Positions 22,780-34,339 are shown, counted from the first letter of the stretch. The stretch: DNA of 64,000 nt from 'Waltheria sp.' little leaf phytoplasma (GCA_032886695.1 JAUZJE010000001.1:80388-144387); one strand, 5' to 3'. Program-made: numbers and translations. Notes: a model not told the origin generated them from the sequence alone.

Positions 22780-23805
22780 ATGATTACATTAGCTATAGAT
22801 GCTATGGGCGGAGATTTCGCGCCTAAAACGGTAATTCAAGGAACAATAGAAGCTTTAATTGCAAATAAAAATTTGAATATTTATTTATATGGTATTCGAA
22901 CTCAAATAGAAGATTGTTTGCAAAACATATTTACCAAAAATATTTTAAATTCTATCAAAACAAGATTAAAAATTATAAATACTCCTTTATACTTACCTAT
23001 GAATGCTAAAAATATCAGAGAAGCCATAAGAGATAATCTTCCTTATTCCATGTTAGTAGCTCTTAGAGACACTGCCAATTCAAAAACTTCAATAGATAGT
23101 TTTATAACAGCTGGACCAACGCAATCTTTAGTTTTAGCTAGTTATCTTATTATAGGAACTTTACCTAGTATAAAAAGAATATCATTAGCACTTATGTTCA
23201 AATCCATCGATCATCGAACTAGAATTTTAACAGATGCAGGAGCTAATGCGGAAGTAAAAGAAGAAAATATTTTAGATTTCGTTATATGCGCTATTTTTTT
23301 AGCTCAAACATTATTAAATATTCCTAACCCAAAAATCAAACTTTTAAATATAGGTACAGAGTCTAATAAAGGCAGAAATATAGATATTAATATATTTAAA
23401 TTATTAAGCAATAATCCAAATATTAATTTCCAAGGTAATGAAGAACCGAATAACTTTTTCAATACAGAAGCTGATATTTTAATAAGTGATGGATTTACAG
23501 CCAATATGATTTTAAAAACATTTAAAGGAACTGTAGAAATGTATACAAGACATTTAAAACAAATACTCACTAATAATCTTTGCACCAAAATAATTAGCAA
23601 AATCTTTCTAGAACAAAACATAAAAAAGCATTTTAAACAATTTAATACAGATGAAACAGGAGGAGCTATATTGTTAGGATTAAACAAACTAATTATCAAA
23701 GCTCCTGGCAATTCTACAAGTAATACTTTCTATCAAACTATTAATCAAACTATTAATTTAATCAAAAAAAATTTTTTAAAAAAAATAATTGAAAAATTTC
23801 AATAA
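22780..23805 (+). CDS. plsX: Phosphate acyltransferase PlsX
   Basis: LAIDAMGGDFAP, DAGANA, LLNIGTESNKG, SDGFTAN, GGAILLG. Confidence 0.95.
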   Translation: MITLAIDAMGGDFAPKTVIQGTIEALIANKNLNIYLYGIRTQIEDCLQNIFTKNILNSIKTRLKIINTPLYLPMNAKNIREAIRDNLPYSMLVALRDTANSKTSIDSFITAGPTQSLVLASYLIIGTLPSIKRISLALMFKSIDHRTRILTDAGANAEVKEENILDFVICAIFLAQTLLNIPNPKIKLLNIGTESNKGRNIDINIFKLLSNNPNINFQGNEEPNNFFNTEADILISDGFTANMILKTFKGTVEMYTRHLKQILTNNLCTKIISKIFLEQNIKKHFKQFNTDETGGAILLGLNKLIIKAPGNSTSNTFYQTINQTINLIKKNFLKKIIEKFQ

Positions 23806-23819
23806 ATACAAGGATTATC

Positions 23820-24500
23820 ATGTATCTTCAAAATTTATTTACAAGATTAAATATAAAACCTAAAAACATTAATTTATATATTAACGCTTTAACACATAGT
23901 TCATACGCTAATGAACATAATTTAAAAAATCAAAATAATGAAAGATTAGAATTTCTAGGTGATTCTATTATTAATTTTCTTATGGCTAATTATCTTTATA
24001 GAAAAAATCAAGATAACGAAGGTATAATGACTAAAAAAAGAGCCCAAGCTGTTTGTGTAGCATCTCTATTAATTTATTCAGCTGAAATAAATCTAAAACA
24101 ATATATTTTATTAGGAAAAGGCGAACGTAAAAGAGGAATATATAATTATTCCATTATTGCTGATGCTTTTGAAGCTTTATTTGCAGCTATTTATTTAGAT
24201 TTAGGTTATTTACAAGTTAAAAAAACCTTTCATTATATAGTAGTTCCTTGTTTATCAAAAGTCATAGGTATTATTGATTTTAAAACGCAACTACAGGAAT
24301 TAGTACAAACACGTCATCAACATATTAAATATAAAATTGTTGCTGAAACAGGATTAGCGCATGAAAAAGAATTTATTGCCGAAGTATATTTATCTGAACA
24401 ACTATTAGGCAAAGGGGAAGGGAAAACCAAAAAATCCGCCGAACAACAAGCAGCTAAAATAGCTTTAGAAAAATTATCACAAGAAAGTAAATTAAAATAA
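23820..24500 (+). CDS. rnc: Ribonuclease III
   Basis: ALTHSS, NERLEFLGDS, ADAFEALFAAIYLD, C-terminal dsRBD. Confidence 0.97.
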   Translation: MYLQNLFTRLNIKPKNINLYINALTHSSYANEHNLKNQNNERLEFLGDSIINFLMANYLYRKNQDNEGIMTKKRAQAVCVASLLIYSAEINLKQYILLGKGERKRGIYNYSIIADAFEALFAAIYLDLGYLQVKKTFHYIVVPCLSKVIGIIDFKTQLQELVQTRHQHIKYKIVAETGLAHEKEFIAEVYLSEQLLGKGEGKTKKSAEQQAAKIALEKLSQESKLK

Positions 24501-25114
24501 TGTTAAAAAAAATATATGAAGAAGGATATTTAGATATAGAAAAAATTTTAATTAATCAATATCTAAAACTTAATTTACTCCTCAAAGAAGTAAAATTATT
24601 ATTATTACTCTTTCAACAATACCAAACCCCTATTCTATCGACAGAAAAAATAATACAACAAACTAATTTTTCCCTACCCGAAATAGATACTATTTTAAGA
24701 AATTTAATAAAAAAAAATTTTTTATTTTTATATCAACAAAAAATTAATAATCAAGTTCAAGAAATGTTCGATCTTAGTAAGACTTTTGATAAAATTGAAA
24801 ATTTATATAAACAACTAAAATTAAATAACTTAAAAAATCAAAATACTTCAAATATTAGCAATACTATATCTAATATAGAAAAAATTAAAGGAGATGTATT
24901 AAATAGCCAAGAATTAGAAATAATTAAAAAATGGTATATCGAATTTAATTATCCACAAGAAAAAATTATAAAAGCAATCCAACAAGCACATATTCACAAA
25001 AAAAAATCTATTTTTTATATCAACAGTTTACTAAATTATCAAAATAAACAAAATATATCGCAAGATAAAAATATAGAAAAAAATCTACATAAAATTTTTA
25101 ATAAAATAAAATAA
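24500..25114 (+). CDS. dnaD: DnaD-family primosomal protein
   Basis: Winged-helix-like N-terminus and DnaD-like C-terminus; conserved phytoplasma rnc-dnaD-imp-pyrG context. Confidence 0.8.
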   Translation: MLKKIYEEGYLDIEKILINQYLKLNLLLKEVKLLLLLFQQYQTPILSTEKIIQQTNFSLPEIDTILRNLIKKNFLFLYQQKINNQVQEMFDLSKTFDKIENLYKQLKLNNLKNQNTSNISNTISNIEKIKGDVLNSQELEIIKKWYIEFNYPQEKIIKAIQQAHIHKKKSIFYINSLLNYQNKQNISQDKNIEKNLHKIFNKIK

Positions 25115-25161
25115 TAAATTAAAAATAATTTATTATTTTACATTATTTAATACCAAAAATA

Positions 25162-25170
25162 TGTTATAAT
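25162..25170 (+). promoter_or_regulatory. Extended -10 promoter element upstream of imp
   Basis: TGTTATAAT (TGnTATAAT) about 85 nt before the imp ATG; AGAGGAG lies downstream. Confidence 0.5.
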
Positions 25171-25255
25171 TGAAGGCGATATTGAATCTTTTTTATAAAC
25201 TAAAAGATTTAATAATAAAATTATAATAATATAGAGGAGAATAAAAAGTTTCTTT

Positions 25256-25774
25256 ATGAATCACAAAGAAAATTTTTTACAAACTAAAAACGGCAAAATT
25301 ACAGTTGGTGTGTTAGCATCTTTAGGTATAGCTATAGTTGTTTATTTAATAGCAGCCAAATTATTACATTGGAAACCTTTTAACATAACAACATTAACAA
25401 ATAAAGATTTTGAAACTTTAAAAGTAGAAATTAAAGACTTAACTGGAAAAAACAAAGCAACTGATCTTTCTGCAGACGATGCTAAAAAAGAAGCACAAAA
25501 AGCAGTTGATGGTCTAAAAAAAATAATAGATGCATTTGCAAACAATAACAAAGCAGACGATAAAGATAAAATAATCTCTAAAGCAACAACAGACTTAGCA
25601 AACGATTTAAAAACAAAAGCCGACAACGCATTAAAATTTATTAACGACGAAACTACTAGTCCTAAAACATGGAATGATGACGATGTATCAAACTTTGTAA
25701 CTAACAAAATGGTTAAAACTTCTGACATCAATGATTTGTTAAATAAGGCTAAATCAGACTTAAAATTATCATAA
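25256..25774 (+). CDS. imp: Immunodominant membrane protein Imp
   Basis: MNHKENFLQTKNGKITVGVLAS, single N-terminal TM, LLHWKPF, hydrophilic helical ectodomain; located between dnaD and pyrG. Confidence 0.92.
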   Translation: MNHKENFLQTKNGKITVGVLASLGIAIVVYLIAAKLLHWKPFNITTLTNKDFETLKVEIKDLTGKNKATDLSADDAKKEAQKAVDGLKKIIDAFANNNKADDKDKIISKATTDLANDLKTKADNALKFINDETTSPKTWNDDDVSNFVTNKMVKTSDINDLLNKAKSDLKLS

Positions 25775-25796
25775 AATCAATTTAATTTTTTAATAA

Positions 25797-25836
25797 AATA
25801 AAAAAAGTGTTCTTTTATGAACACTTTTTTTTATTA
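25797..25836. terminator. Bidirectional intrinsic terminator between convergent imp and pyrG
   Basis: AAAAAAGTGTTC-ttttat-GAACACTTTTTT inverted repeat with A/T tracts on both sides, overlapping the pyrG stop. Confidence 0.7.
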
Positions 25837-27485
25837 TTTTGACGATAAATTACCGCGGTTAAAATAAAATCTTTAAATAAAGGATGCGGATGGAAAGGAC
25901 GAGACAAAAATTCTGGATGAAATTGAACCCCTATAAACCAAATATGATCAACCAATTCTATTATTTCTACAATTGATTTTTGCAAATTAAAACCAGAAAT
26001 TCTAAAATTTTTATTTCGCGTAAAAATAGAAATATATTCAGAATTCATTTCATAACGTTGACGATATCTTTCAGAAATTACTAATTTTTGATAAATTTCA
26101 TAACTTTTACTCGAAGTTATAATTTTAGTCTTCTTTAAACCTAATCTTAAAGTTCCGCCCATTTCATTATCAGTAATTTTGCATTTAATTACTGGATAAG
26201 GAGTATTATCGTCTATCTCCGTTGAATTTGCTCCAAATAAATTTAACACATTATTAGCATATTCCACCACAGCTAACTGCATACCTAAGCAAATCCCAAA
26301 AAAAGGGATATTTCGGCAACGAGCATAACGAATAGCTTGTAATTTGCCTTCAATAGCTCGACTACCAAAACCACCAGGAACTAAAATACCATCGCAGTCG
26401 CACAAAAAATCATGTACATTATCACTATTAATATCTTCAGAATAAATAAATTGAATGTCAATGCCTACTTTATTAAAATAAGCTGCATGTTTAAGAGCTT
26501 CTACTACAGATAAATAAGCATCATGAAAAGCAGTATATTTGCCAACTATACCAATCTTAACAACTTTTTTTAAAATTTTCATCTGTTGAATCATTTCTTG
26601 CCATGCTGATAAATTAGCTACTGGTAAAAATTCTAAATTAAAAAATTTCAAAATGAAATTATCAATTTGTTGAGCATGCAAATTAAGAACAATAGTTTCC
26701 ACAATAGAAACATTCACATTAGAAAAAATAGCTTCTTTTTTAACATCACATAAAATCGAAATTTTTTCTTTTATTTCTGCCGAAATATCACTTTCACTTC
26801 TTAAAATCAAAATTTGAGGTTGAATCCCTAAAGATCTCAACTCCTTAACACTATGTTGCGTAGGTTTAGTTTTAGGTTCTCCTGAAAATTTTAAAAAAGG
26901 TATTAAAGTATTATGTATATATAAAACATTTTCAAAACCCAAATCTTGTCGCAATTGACGAATTGCTTCTATAAAAGGTAATGATTCTATATCGCCAATA
27001 GTTCCCCCTATTTCCACAATTAAAATATCATATTGACCAGAATAAACATTTTTTAAAATTCGCGATTTAATTTCATCTGTAATATGAGGAATAACTTGAA
27101 TAGTTTTTCCTAAATAATTTCCTTGACGTTCTTGTTGAATAACATATTGATAAATTTGACCTGTTGTAATACTCGAATCTTTAGTAAGATTAATATTTAA
27201 ATATCTTTCATAATGACCCAAATCTAAATCAGTTTCGGCTCCATCATTAGTCACAAAAACTTCACCATGTTGTTGCGGACTCATAGTTCCCGAATCTACA
27301 TTAATATATGGATCTAATTTTTGCATAAAAATTTTTAAATTACGTTGTTTTAATAAATATCCCAGAGAAGAAGCTAACAAACCTTTTCCTAATCCAGAAA
27401 CAACTCCGCCTGTAATAAAAATAATTTTAGTTTTTTTGTGCATTGATAAATTAACTATCCATTCATTATTATTTTTTAATTTCAT
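25815..27485 (-). CDS. pyrG: CTP synthase
   Basis: [41 protein letters not shown]. Confidence 0.97.
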   Translation of the reverse strand: MKLKNNNEWIVNLSMHKKTKIIFITGGVVSGLGKGLLASSLGYLLKQRNLKIFMQKLDPYINVDSGTMSPQQHGEVFVTNDGAETDLDLGHYERYLNINLTKDSSITTGQIYQYVIQQERQGNYLGKTIQVIPHITDEIKSRILKNVYSGQYDILIVEIGGTIGDIESLPFIEAIRQLRQDLGFENVLYIHNTLIPFLKFSGEPKTKPTQHSVKELRSLGIQPQILILRSESDISAEIKEKISILCDVKKEAIFSNVNVSIVETIVLNLHAQQIDNFILKFFNLEFLPVANLSAWQEMIQQMKILKKVVKIGIVGKYTAFHDAYLSVVEALKHAAYFNKVGIDIQFIYSEDINSDNVHDFLCDCDGILVPGGFGSRAIEGKLQAIRYARCRNIPFFGICLGMQLAVVEYANNVLNLFGANSTEIDDNTPYPVIKCKITDNEMGGTLRLGLKKTKIITSSKSYEIYQKLVISERYRQRYEMNSEYISIFTRNKNFRISGFNLQKSIVEIIELVDHIWFIGVQFHPEFLSRPFHPHPLFKDFILTAVIYRQNNKKKCS

Positions 27486-27506
27486 TCTACCTTTATTTTA
27501 TTAAAT

Positions 27507-28379
27507 TTAATTTTTCAATTTAAAACCTATAGTCTCTCCTATATTCACTTTAGTTTCTACACCAATTTGAGAATTATTTAAAATTAATTGATTAAATTTA
27601 ATTTTATTAGGTTCAATTAAGAGCACAATAACAGAACCTCCGAAAGAAAAAAAACCCTTTTCCTGGCCTTTTTGAAAACTACGGATCGGATGGTTGTTGA
27701 TTTTCCCTACTAATAAAGCTCCTACTTCCATTTGTATAATATCCCCAAAATTACAAGTTTTTAAAACAGTATATTCACGACTATTTTCGGAAAAAACATT
27801 AAAATATTTAAAAGCAATGGGATTAACTGTATGTAATCTTCCTTTAATTTTCACATGCTTTTCATCTTGAATGCCCTGATCTACAAAAATATATCTATGA
27901 TAATCAAAAATTTGCAATCTTAACATCACTAAAAAACCATTAAGATATTTTTGAACTAAATAATCATTTTTCAAAAGATCATTTAAATGATAAGAAGTAT
28001 TTTTAATATTAAAAAAACTATCAGCATTAATATTAAAAATACGAATTTGACCCTCGCCAGGACTAATAAAAGTCAAACGAGAAGCGTCAAAATGAATTTT
28101 TTTATAAACACGAATAAAAAAATCATTATAAGATTTAAATGAATTTTGCGTAAATAAACTAGTATTAATGCGATTTTGAATGATAATCTTTTTAACATGA
28201 ATACGTGAAAAGATAGAATTCAAATAAAAACTAAATATTTTGCTAAAAATACGAGAAATAAATATTCTTAATAAAAAACGTTTCCACCATTTTTTTTGTA
28301 TATCTTGATATAAAAATTTTTGCAACCAACTACTTGTCACTGGCTTATTTTTATTGTTCGTTCGAAATAAAAAATTCAC
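27507..28379 (-). CDS. psd: Phosphatidylserine decarboxylase
   Basis: YNDFFIR, DYHRY, EVGALLVGKI, GFFSFGGS autocleavage motif. Confidence 0.92.
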   Translation of the reverse strand: MNFLFRTNNKNKPVTSSWLQKFLYQDIQKKWWKRFLLRIFISRIFSKIFSFYLNSIFSRIHVKKIIIQNRINTSLFTQNSFKSYNDFFIRVYKKIHFDASRLTFISPGEGQIRIFNINADSFFNIKNTSYHLNDLLKNDYLVQKYLNGFLVMLRLQIFDYHRYIFVDQGIQDEKHVKIKGRLHTVNPIAFKYFNVFSENSREYTVLKTCNFGDIIQMEVGALLVGKINNHPIRSFQKGQEKGFFSFGGSVIVLLIEPNKIKFNQLILNNSQIGVETKVNIGETIGFKLKN

Positions 28380-29080
28380 ATTCTCCTCGCATTAAAAAAA
28401 ATATTTTTGTTTATGAATAAAAAAACAAAAATAATAATAAATAATAAACACAAAATCAATAATACTCCCAAGATATCAGGTTTATTAAAATGAAGTTTAT
28501 CACTAATAAATAAAAAAGATAATAACATTAAGCAAAAAACATATACACTTATAAAAATTTTATCCCAATACAATATTTTAAAAGGATCGAAAACAAATAA
28601 TAAAACTAATAAAGGAAACAAAATAGATGCAACAGTTACAGGAACACCAACAAAACTAGAAATACTTCCTTTTTTTTTAGAACTTTCGTTTAAAACATTA
28701 AAATAAGCTAAACGAATTAAAGATGCTAAAAGATATAAACAACTAACGAAAATAAAAGCGATATCATAATAATTTTTAAAATCTAAATCTTTATTAAAAA
28801 TTTTTTTATAAAAGGATATACCTATAAAAATAGGTAACATACCGAAACTAATCAAATCAGCTAAAGAATCTATTTGAACACCATATTTTTTTTCTTTAAG
28901 AGAACGACTTTTTTTGCAACGACTAATAATACCATCTAAAACATCTAAAATACCAGATAATAACAATAAAAGACAAGCACCAATAATTTTGTTTTGAGTA
29001 GCGAATATCACTCCCAAAAATCCACTTAACAAATTTAAATAAGTCAAATAAACAGTATAATTATACATTCCTAAAAACAT
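28376..29080 (-). CDS. pssA: CDP-diacylglycerol--serine O-phosphatidyltransferase
   Basis: DVLDGIISR...GVQIDSLADLISFG CDP-alcohol motif; coupled to psd. Confidence 0.9.
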   Translation of the reverse strand: MFLGMYNYTVYLTYLNLLSGFLGVIFATQNKIIGACLLLLLSGILDVLDGIISRCKKSRSLKEKKYGVQIDSLADLISFGMLPIFIGISFYKKIFNKDLDFKNYYDIAFIFVSCLYLLASLIRLAYFNVLNESSKKKGSISSFVGVPVTVASILFPLLVLLFVFDPFKILYWDKIFISVYVFCLMLLSFLFISDKLHFNKPDILGVLLILCLLFIIIFVFLFINKNIFFNARRM

Positions 29081-29195
29081 AATTCATTATTACAACCTTC
29101 ATCTATTAGAAATCGAGAAAAACACTTAATCATGTTTTAATTAATATAATCTCCCTAAAAGGATATAAAAATTAACAATTTAGAACATAACTTAC

Positions 29196-29711
29196 TTAAT
29201 AATTATATTCGTTGATATCTTCATTTTTATCTTCTGTATTAGAAGAATCACTTTCATCTCTTAAAGACACTTCATCATCGTCTAAAACTGTATCATCTAT
29301 ATCTTCTAAAATTTCACGATCAGCTGTTTCATCTGTAGAGATAAAATCTGAATCGTTTTCTAATCGAAAATCATCATCCAAATTATTAGAATATTTTAAA
29401 TCTAATAATTCAGGATCAATATCAGATTTCTCTTCATCTGCATAATATTCTTTATCCCATAAATCTAAATTATCAGTTTTAATCCCCCATAAATCTTCAC
29501 CATGAAATACAAATAATCCGCTAACAACAATATCCAAATACAATTGTAAAAAACGTTCCTGTTGTAAATCTTTTATTTTTTTTATTTGAAAAACCTGTTC
29601 TATTAATTGATGAATAGGCATAGGTTTTTGATTTTTTTGCAAAATATCTAAAGCCAATTCTAACATAGAATGTTCTAAATAATTTTGATTATTACTTGTT
29701 TCGTTTATCAT
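29196..29711 (-). CDS. rpoE: RNA polymerase delta subunit
   Basis: SMLELA..IL, LYLDI..G.F...GEDLWG and an acidic C-terminal tail. Confidence 0.88.
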   Translation of the reverse strand: MINETSNNQNYLEHSMLELALDILQKNQKPMPIHQLIEQVFQIKKIKDLQQERFLQLYLDIVVSGLFVFHGEDLWGIKTDNLDLWDKEYYADEEKSDIDPELLDLKYSNNLDDDFRLENDSDFISTDETADREILEDIDDTVLDDDEVSLRDESDSSNTEDKNEDINEYNY

Positions 29712-29860
29712 AATATTTCCAATAACCTTCTTTTTTTATTTTTTTAACAATTATTAAAATTATTAAACTTATAAATATTCATAAAAAACATCCATAATAA
29801 CCAATAACGTTAATAAGTAATATTATCAAATTAACTCCAAAAACTTCTACTTGACAATTA

Positions 29861-30133
29861 TTAAAATTCTAAATATTCCGAAGCTCTTGTAATAACATCG
29901 CGAGAAGCTTTATCAACCTGCTGCAAAACATTATTAAAAGATAATAAAATACTTTCTTGTAATAGATCTAAATTTTGAAGAATTTGAGAATTTTGAATAC
30001 GTACATCAATAACTTGTTTAGTTCCTTGCATCACAATCATTACATCACCAACACAAGCGGTAAACTCTCTAGATTCTAATTTTTTTTGCTCATATTTAAT
30101 CGATTCTTGAATTCTTTTTAATTTTTCGAACAT
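29861..30133 (-). CDS. ybaB: YbaB/EbfC nucleoid-associated protein
   Basis: 90 aa, VMIVMQGTKQVIDVRI...LDLLQESILLSFN; downstream of dnaX. Confidence 0.82.
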   Translation of the reverse strand: MFEKLKRIQESIKYEQKKLESREFTACVGDVMIVMQGTKQVIDVRIQNSQILQNLDLLQESILLSFNNVLQQVDKASRDVITRASEYLEF

Positions 30134-30232
30134 ATTACATTCCGTTCCTTATTCTAAATTATGATTTTAATCCGTCAATCACTATATTATAACTACAATA
30201 GGAATAAAATATTAAAAAAATTATCTTATTTA

Positions 30233-32077
30233 TCATTTTGATCTAACTTTATCAATACCAAAATATTCAATAGCTAACTGAAAAAATTGAGTTTTTTCGG
30301 CAAAATTATTAGAATCACCAGAACCTAATAATGGAACATTATTCGATGAATTAACACTTGAATTTATTAAAAAATTATGTTGAGATGTAAATGTAGCATG
30401 TTTTAAATAAAAATTCACATCCAATTTAGACAATTCAGAATCACATATATAACGATTTTTTTGATATTGTTCAAAAAGAGGAAATAATTTTTGTTCCCAA
30501 TCTTGCTGCAAAATTACAAAATACTCTTTAATTAATTTTTTTTTGTTATTTAAAATAGTTTTTATTTTATTTTTGATATGCGGTTTAAGTAATTGTTGAT
30601 ATTCTTGAATATTATCGCAAGCAATCAACCATTCTTTATTTAGATTAATTAAACACAATTTACTTTTATATAAACACATAGCAGCCATTTCCAAGTTTTT
30701 ATCAGAAATTTTGGTTAATTTATGCCAATTTTTCCCTAATTTTTGAGTCATAGATACATCAGGAGTTATTAAAATTTGTTTGATACCATATAAAAAACTA
30801 TCTAATTTCTCGGAATTTTTAAAATCATTATCGTTTGCGCGTTCAAACTCAAAAAAACTAGAATTTGTCGATAAACTAATATTATTTAAAGAAGAAGTTG
30901 TTAAGGCCTTGGAAAATGACAATAACTCTCTTTTAGGCATAACATTGTCTAGATGAAACCCACTATTGTCATCATAAGTAATATTTTGATTATTTAAATG
31001 ACTTTTTTGTTTATATGACATTAAAAACTGTTTTAAGCGAATGCAATTGATAATAAAATATTTTTTTTTATGAAAATTATGTTTAATATTATTTTTCCAA
31101 GTAAATAAAAAAACAAAAAATTGATCTTTAGAATTAATATCTAAATTTTTAAATATTTTTGTAAAATTATTATCATCATCTTTCCATTCTTGAATAAATA
31201 AAGTTAGAAAAAAATCTATTAATTCTTCCATAAAAAATAAAATATCTATATGAGGATGCAAAAGATTTTCTAAAAAATCAATCATCGTAACAAAATCGCC
31301 ATATAATAAATAATTAATTAATTCCTTCATTTTATGTTTAGGAACTAATCCTAAAATTTTTGCAACTTCTTCTGAACTGATATAACTATTATGATAATAA
31401 GTACTAACTTGTTCTAATCTATTTAAAGCATCTCGCATACTACCTTTAGAAAAATTAGCAATTTGATACAAAGCATTTTCGTTAATATTAATATTTTCTT
31501 GAAGAGATATAAATTTCAATTGTTTTACGATATCTTCTGTTGCAATCTGCTTTAATCCGAAATGTTGAGTACGCGAAACAATAGTTTTAGGAATTTTATT
31601 AAATTCACTTGTAATTAAAATAAAAATAATTTTAGCAGGTGGTTCTTCTAATAATTTTAACAAAGCATTAAAAGCATTATAAGATAAAACATGAACTTCA
31701 TCAATAATATAAATTTTATATTTACCAAAAATAGGTTTATATTTTGAAGTATCTTGTAACTCTCTAATTTCATCTACACCATTATAAGAAGCACCGTCTA
31801 TCTCAATTAAATCCAGATTGTTTCTTTGATTTATACTTATACAAGATTTGCATAAATTACAACAATCAAAACTAGAATCATTAGAACAATTAATAGCTTT
31901 AGCTAAATTTTTTGCTAGGGTTGTTTTTCCTACGCCCTTGTCACCGCTAAACAAATAACAATGATTTATTTTACAATATTGAATAGCATTTTTTAAAGTT
32001 TTAACAATAATATCTTGGCCAATAATATTTTGAAAATTTTGAGGTCTATATTTACGATATAAAGACAAATAAGTCAT
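30233..32077 (-). CDS. dnaX: DNA polymerase III subunit gamma/tau
   Basis: LYRKYRPQNF, GVGKTT, Zn-binding cysteines, IIDEVH, NALLKLLEEPP. Confidence 0.96.
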   Translation of the reverse strand: MTYLSLYRKYRPQNFQNIIGQDIIVKTLKNAIQYCKINHCYLFSGDKGVGKTTLAKNLAKAINCSNDSSFDCCNLCKSCISINQRNNLDLIEIDGASYNGVDEIRELQDTSKYKPIFGKYKIYIIDEVHVLSYNAFNALLKLLEEPPAKIIFILITSEFNKIPKTIVSRTQHFGLKQIATEDIVKQLKFISLQENININENALYQIANFSKGSMRDALNRLEQVSTYYHNSYISSEEVAKILGLVPKHKMKELINYLLYGDFVTMIDFLENLLHPHIDILFFMEELIDFFLTLFIQEWKDDDNNFTKIFKNLDINSKDQFFVFLFTWKNNIKHNFHKKKYFIINCIRLKQFLMSYKQKSHLNNQNITYDDNSGFHLDNVMPKRELLSFSKALTTSSLNNISLSTNSSFFEFERANDNDFKNSEKLDSFLYGIKQILITPDVSMTQKLGKNWHKLTKISDKNLEMAAMCLYKSKLCLINLNKEWLIACDNIQEYQQLLKPHIKNKIKTILNNKKKLIKEYFVILQQDWEQKLFPLFEQYQKNRYICDSELSKLDVNFYLKHATFTSQHNFLINSSVNSSNNVPLLGSGDSNNFAEKTQFFQLAIEYFGIDKVRSK

Positions 32078-32182
32078 AACTTGATAACACCTTTTTATTT
32101 TACCTTTTTATTTTATTCCATTAATTTTGCTTTAATTTAAATAATTATAAAATTATTATCAGAAAATTAATTGAATTAATTT

Positions 32183-33550
32183 CTATTTTTTAATTATTAA
32201 AAAATTAGAAAAAGAGATATCATTAACTATAATTCTACGATACAAAGGCTTAATAGAATAAAAATTAATTAATTTTGAAGAATATAATAAAATTAACATT
32301 AATCGAGATAAATCTTGAGGTTTTTCTAAAATAATATCGGAAGCTAAATAATAATTTTGATTAAATTTTAAATTTTTAACAAATTTAAGAATATTATTTT
32401 TAGTATAAAAAAAATCTTTCTTTAATAAATAATTTTTTTTATTTTTTAATAAATTTTTTGATTCTTCCGATATTAAAGTTAATTTATTAATAACCAAATT
32501 TTGTTTATGACGGCGAGGTTTATAAAAGGAAAATTGATCTAAATTATGAATATAACTTAAATTAAATAAATAATTATATTCGAAAACATGATCATTAATC
32601 AATCTAATACCGCGAAGTAATAAGTTTAACAAATTATCGTTTTTATTATCAAACAATAAAATTCTCTGACAAATAATTTGTAAATATTGTTCGTTTTTAA
32701 TATCAATAATTTCTATCAATTTATCGGCAATTTTTAAATTCAATTTCATTTGTTGAATTTGTTCTTTGATTATTTCAACATTTTCTTCTAAATTTTTTTG
32801 ATTAATAAAACATAATTGTTCACTTAAAGATTTTACATAAATATGATAATCTTCCAATTGATTTAAAAATAAATTAATATATCTGCGATATTTAAAAAAA
32901 TTATCTGATGTTTTTAACCAATAATAAGAAGAATCAAAAAAATTTTTTTTATAATTTATTAACAATTGAGATAATAAAAGTTGCGTATTTATATAATTTT
33001 TAGAATTTAACAAATTATAATAAAAACGATAAATATTAGACTTTAAAATTTTCAATTTCCATAAAATATTTTGTGTTTTAATTAAAGCTTCATAAAAATT
33101 AGCATAATTTTTTTCTATTAATAAAGATTTTAACAAAGCATAAATACTATAAATATTACCAATAGATTCAGGTTTTACTTGATTTACAGTTTTTTTAAAA
33201 AAATGAATCATTTCTAAACTATAATCAAAAAAACTTAAACAATCATTATTGTAACCAATTCGTTCTTCGCCAATCCATCCATATTTTTTGAACAAATAAA
33301 TAATTTTAGAAGCTTTTTGTTTAGCATCAACTGAAACTTGTGTATCAATTTCATCATCCAAAAAAAAATTATTCTTATTAAAATAGTTTTCCAATACAGA
33401 AATTGCTAAATTTTTATTAATATATCCATCAAATTCATCATTTGCTAAATCTGCTAATAATAAAAGACAATCCAAATAAATTTCTTTATTAGAAGAAGAT
33501 AATAAATTAAAAAAATTTAATGGTAAAACATCGAATAAATTATACGACAT
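32183..33550 (-). CDS. DUF5716 / Wadjet JetA (MksF-like kleisin) family protein, tentative
   Basis: N-terminus LFDVLPLNFFNLLSSSNKEIYLDCL, KYGWI and ~450 aa length resemble DUF5716 proteins as recalled; not confirmed by a search. Confidence 0.55.
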   Translation of the reverse strand: MSYNLFDVLPLNFFNLLSSSNKEIYLDCLLLLADLANDEFDGYINKNLAISVLENYFNKNNFFLDDEIDTQVSVDAKQKASKIIYLFKKYGWIGEERIGYNNDCLSFFDYSLEMIHFFKKTVNQVKPESIGNIYSIYALLKSLLIEKNYANFYEALIKTQNILWKLKILKSNIYRFYYNLLNSKNYINTQLLLSQLLINYKKNFFDSSYYWLKTSDNFFKYRRYINLFLNQLEDYHIYVKSLSEQLCFINQKNLEENVEIIKEQIQQMKLNLKIADKLIEIIDIKNEQYLQIICQRILLFDNKNDNLLNLLLRGIRLINDHVFEYNYLFNLSYIHNLDQFSFYKPRRHKQNLVINKLTLISEESKNLLKNKKNYLLKKDFFYTKNNILKFVKNLKFNQNYYLASDIILEKPQDLSRLMLILLYSSKLINFYSIKPLYRRIIVNDISFSNFLIIKK

Positions 33551-33709
33551 ATTTTAAAATCCAAAAAACCTTTCTAATTTATTTATTTTATTAGTGAAAA
33601 TATTAATTTATAAGAACTTATTTTAAAATTAACAATACAATTGTCTAAAATTATATACAATATAAACAAATGTTAAATAATTTAACTTAAATAAAGGATT
33701 CAAAACAAA

Positions 33710-34339
33710 ATGAAAATTAAAACTATTAGATCTTTCGATCCCAATCATCAAATACCGATTAAAATTTGGCAAACAATTTTTCAAGAAATTCGATATACTC
33801 CTTCCTCTTTTGATTTGCAACCGTGGCGTTTTTTTATAATTACTAAAGCCACAGATAAAGAAAAACTAAAGAAATGCATGATAGGAAATATTTCACAAAC
33901 TACAAATAGTTCTGCTATCATCATATTATGTGGAAATATTCATAAAGTCCAAGATGCTTCGTATATTTATAACAATAAACTAAAATATAATAATATCTCA
34001 TTAATTCAAAAAGAAATTATTTTAAAACAAATAAAAAAACATTATCATAACATGAATCCGCAAACATTAAAAAATGAAATTTTTTTTGAATGCGGCTTAA
34101 TTGCCTGTAATCTTGTTATTACTTTACAACGTTTTAATTATAATACTTGTTTTATGGGAGGTTGTTATTTTGATAAATTAAATGAATTATTCAATATAGA
34201 AAAAAAATATATACCTATTATTCTAATAGCTGTAGGTCAAATTAGTCAAAAAGATGAAATTGAATATACAATAAATAAAAATATCGAAAACTCAGTACCA
34301 TTTAAACTAACTATAAATGATTTTGTTAATTTTTTATAA
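33710..34339 (+). CDS. Nitroreductase family protein
   Basis: TIRSFD, TPSSFDLQPWRF, TCFMGG, ILIAVG. Confidence 0.88.
   Translation: MKIKTIRSFDPNHQIPIKIWQTIFQEIRYTPSSFDLQPWRFFIITKATDKEKLKKCMIGNISQTTNSSAIIILCGNIHKVQDASYIYNNKLKYNNISLIQKEIILKQIKKHYHNMNPQTLKNEIFFECGLIACNLVITLQRFNYNTCFMGGCYFDKLNELFNIEKKYIPIILIAVGQISQKDEIEYTINKNIENSVPFKLTINDFVNFL

Noticed and set aside
24949-24957. Perfect DnaA box TTATCCACA
   Set aside because: A single copy inside the dnaD coding sequence with no cluster; not evidence for oriC.
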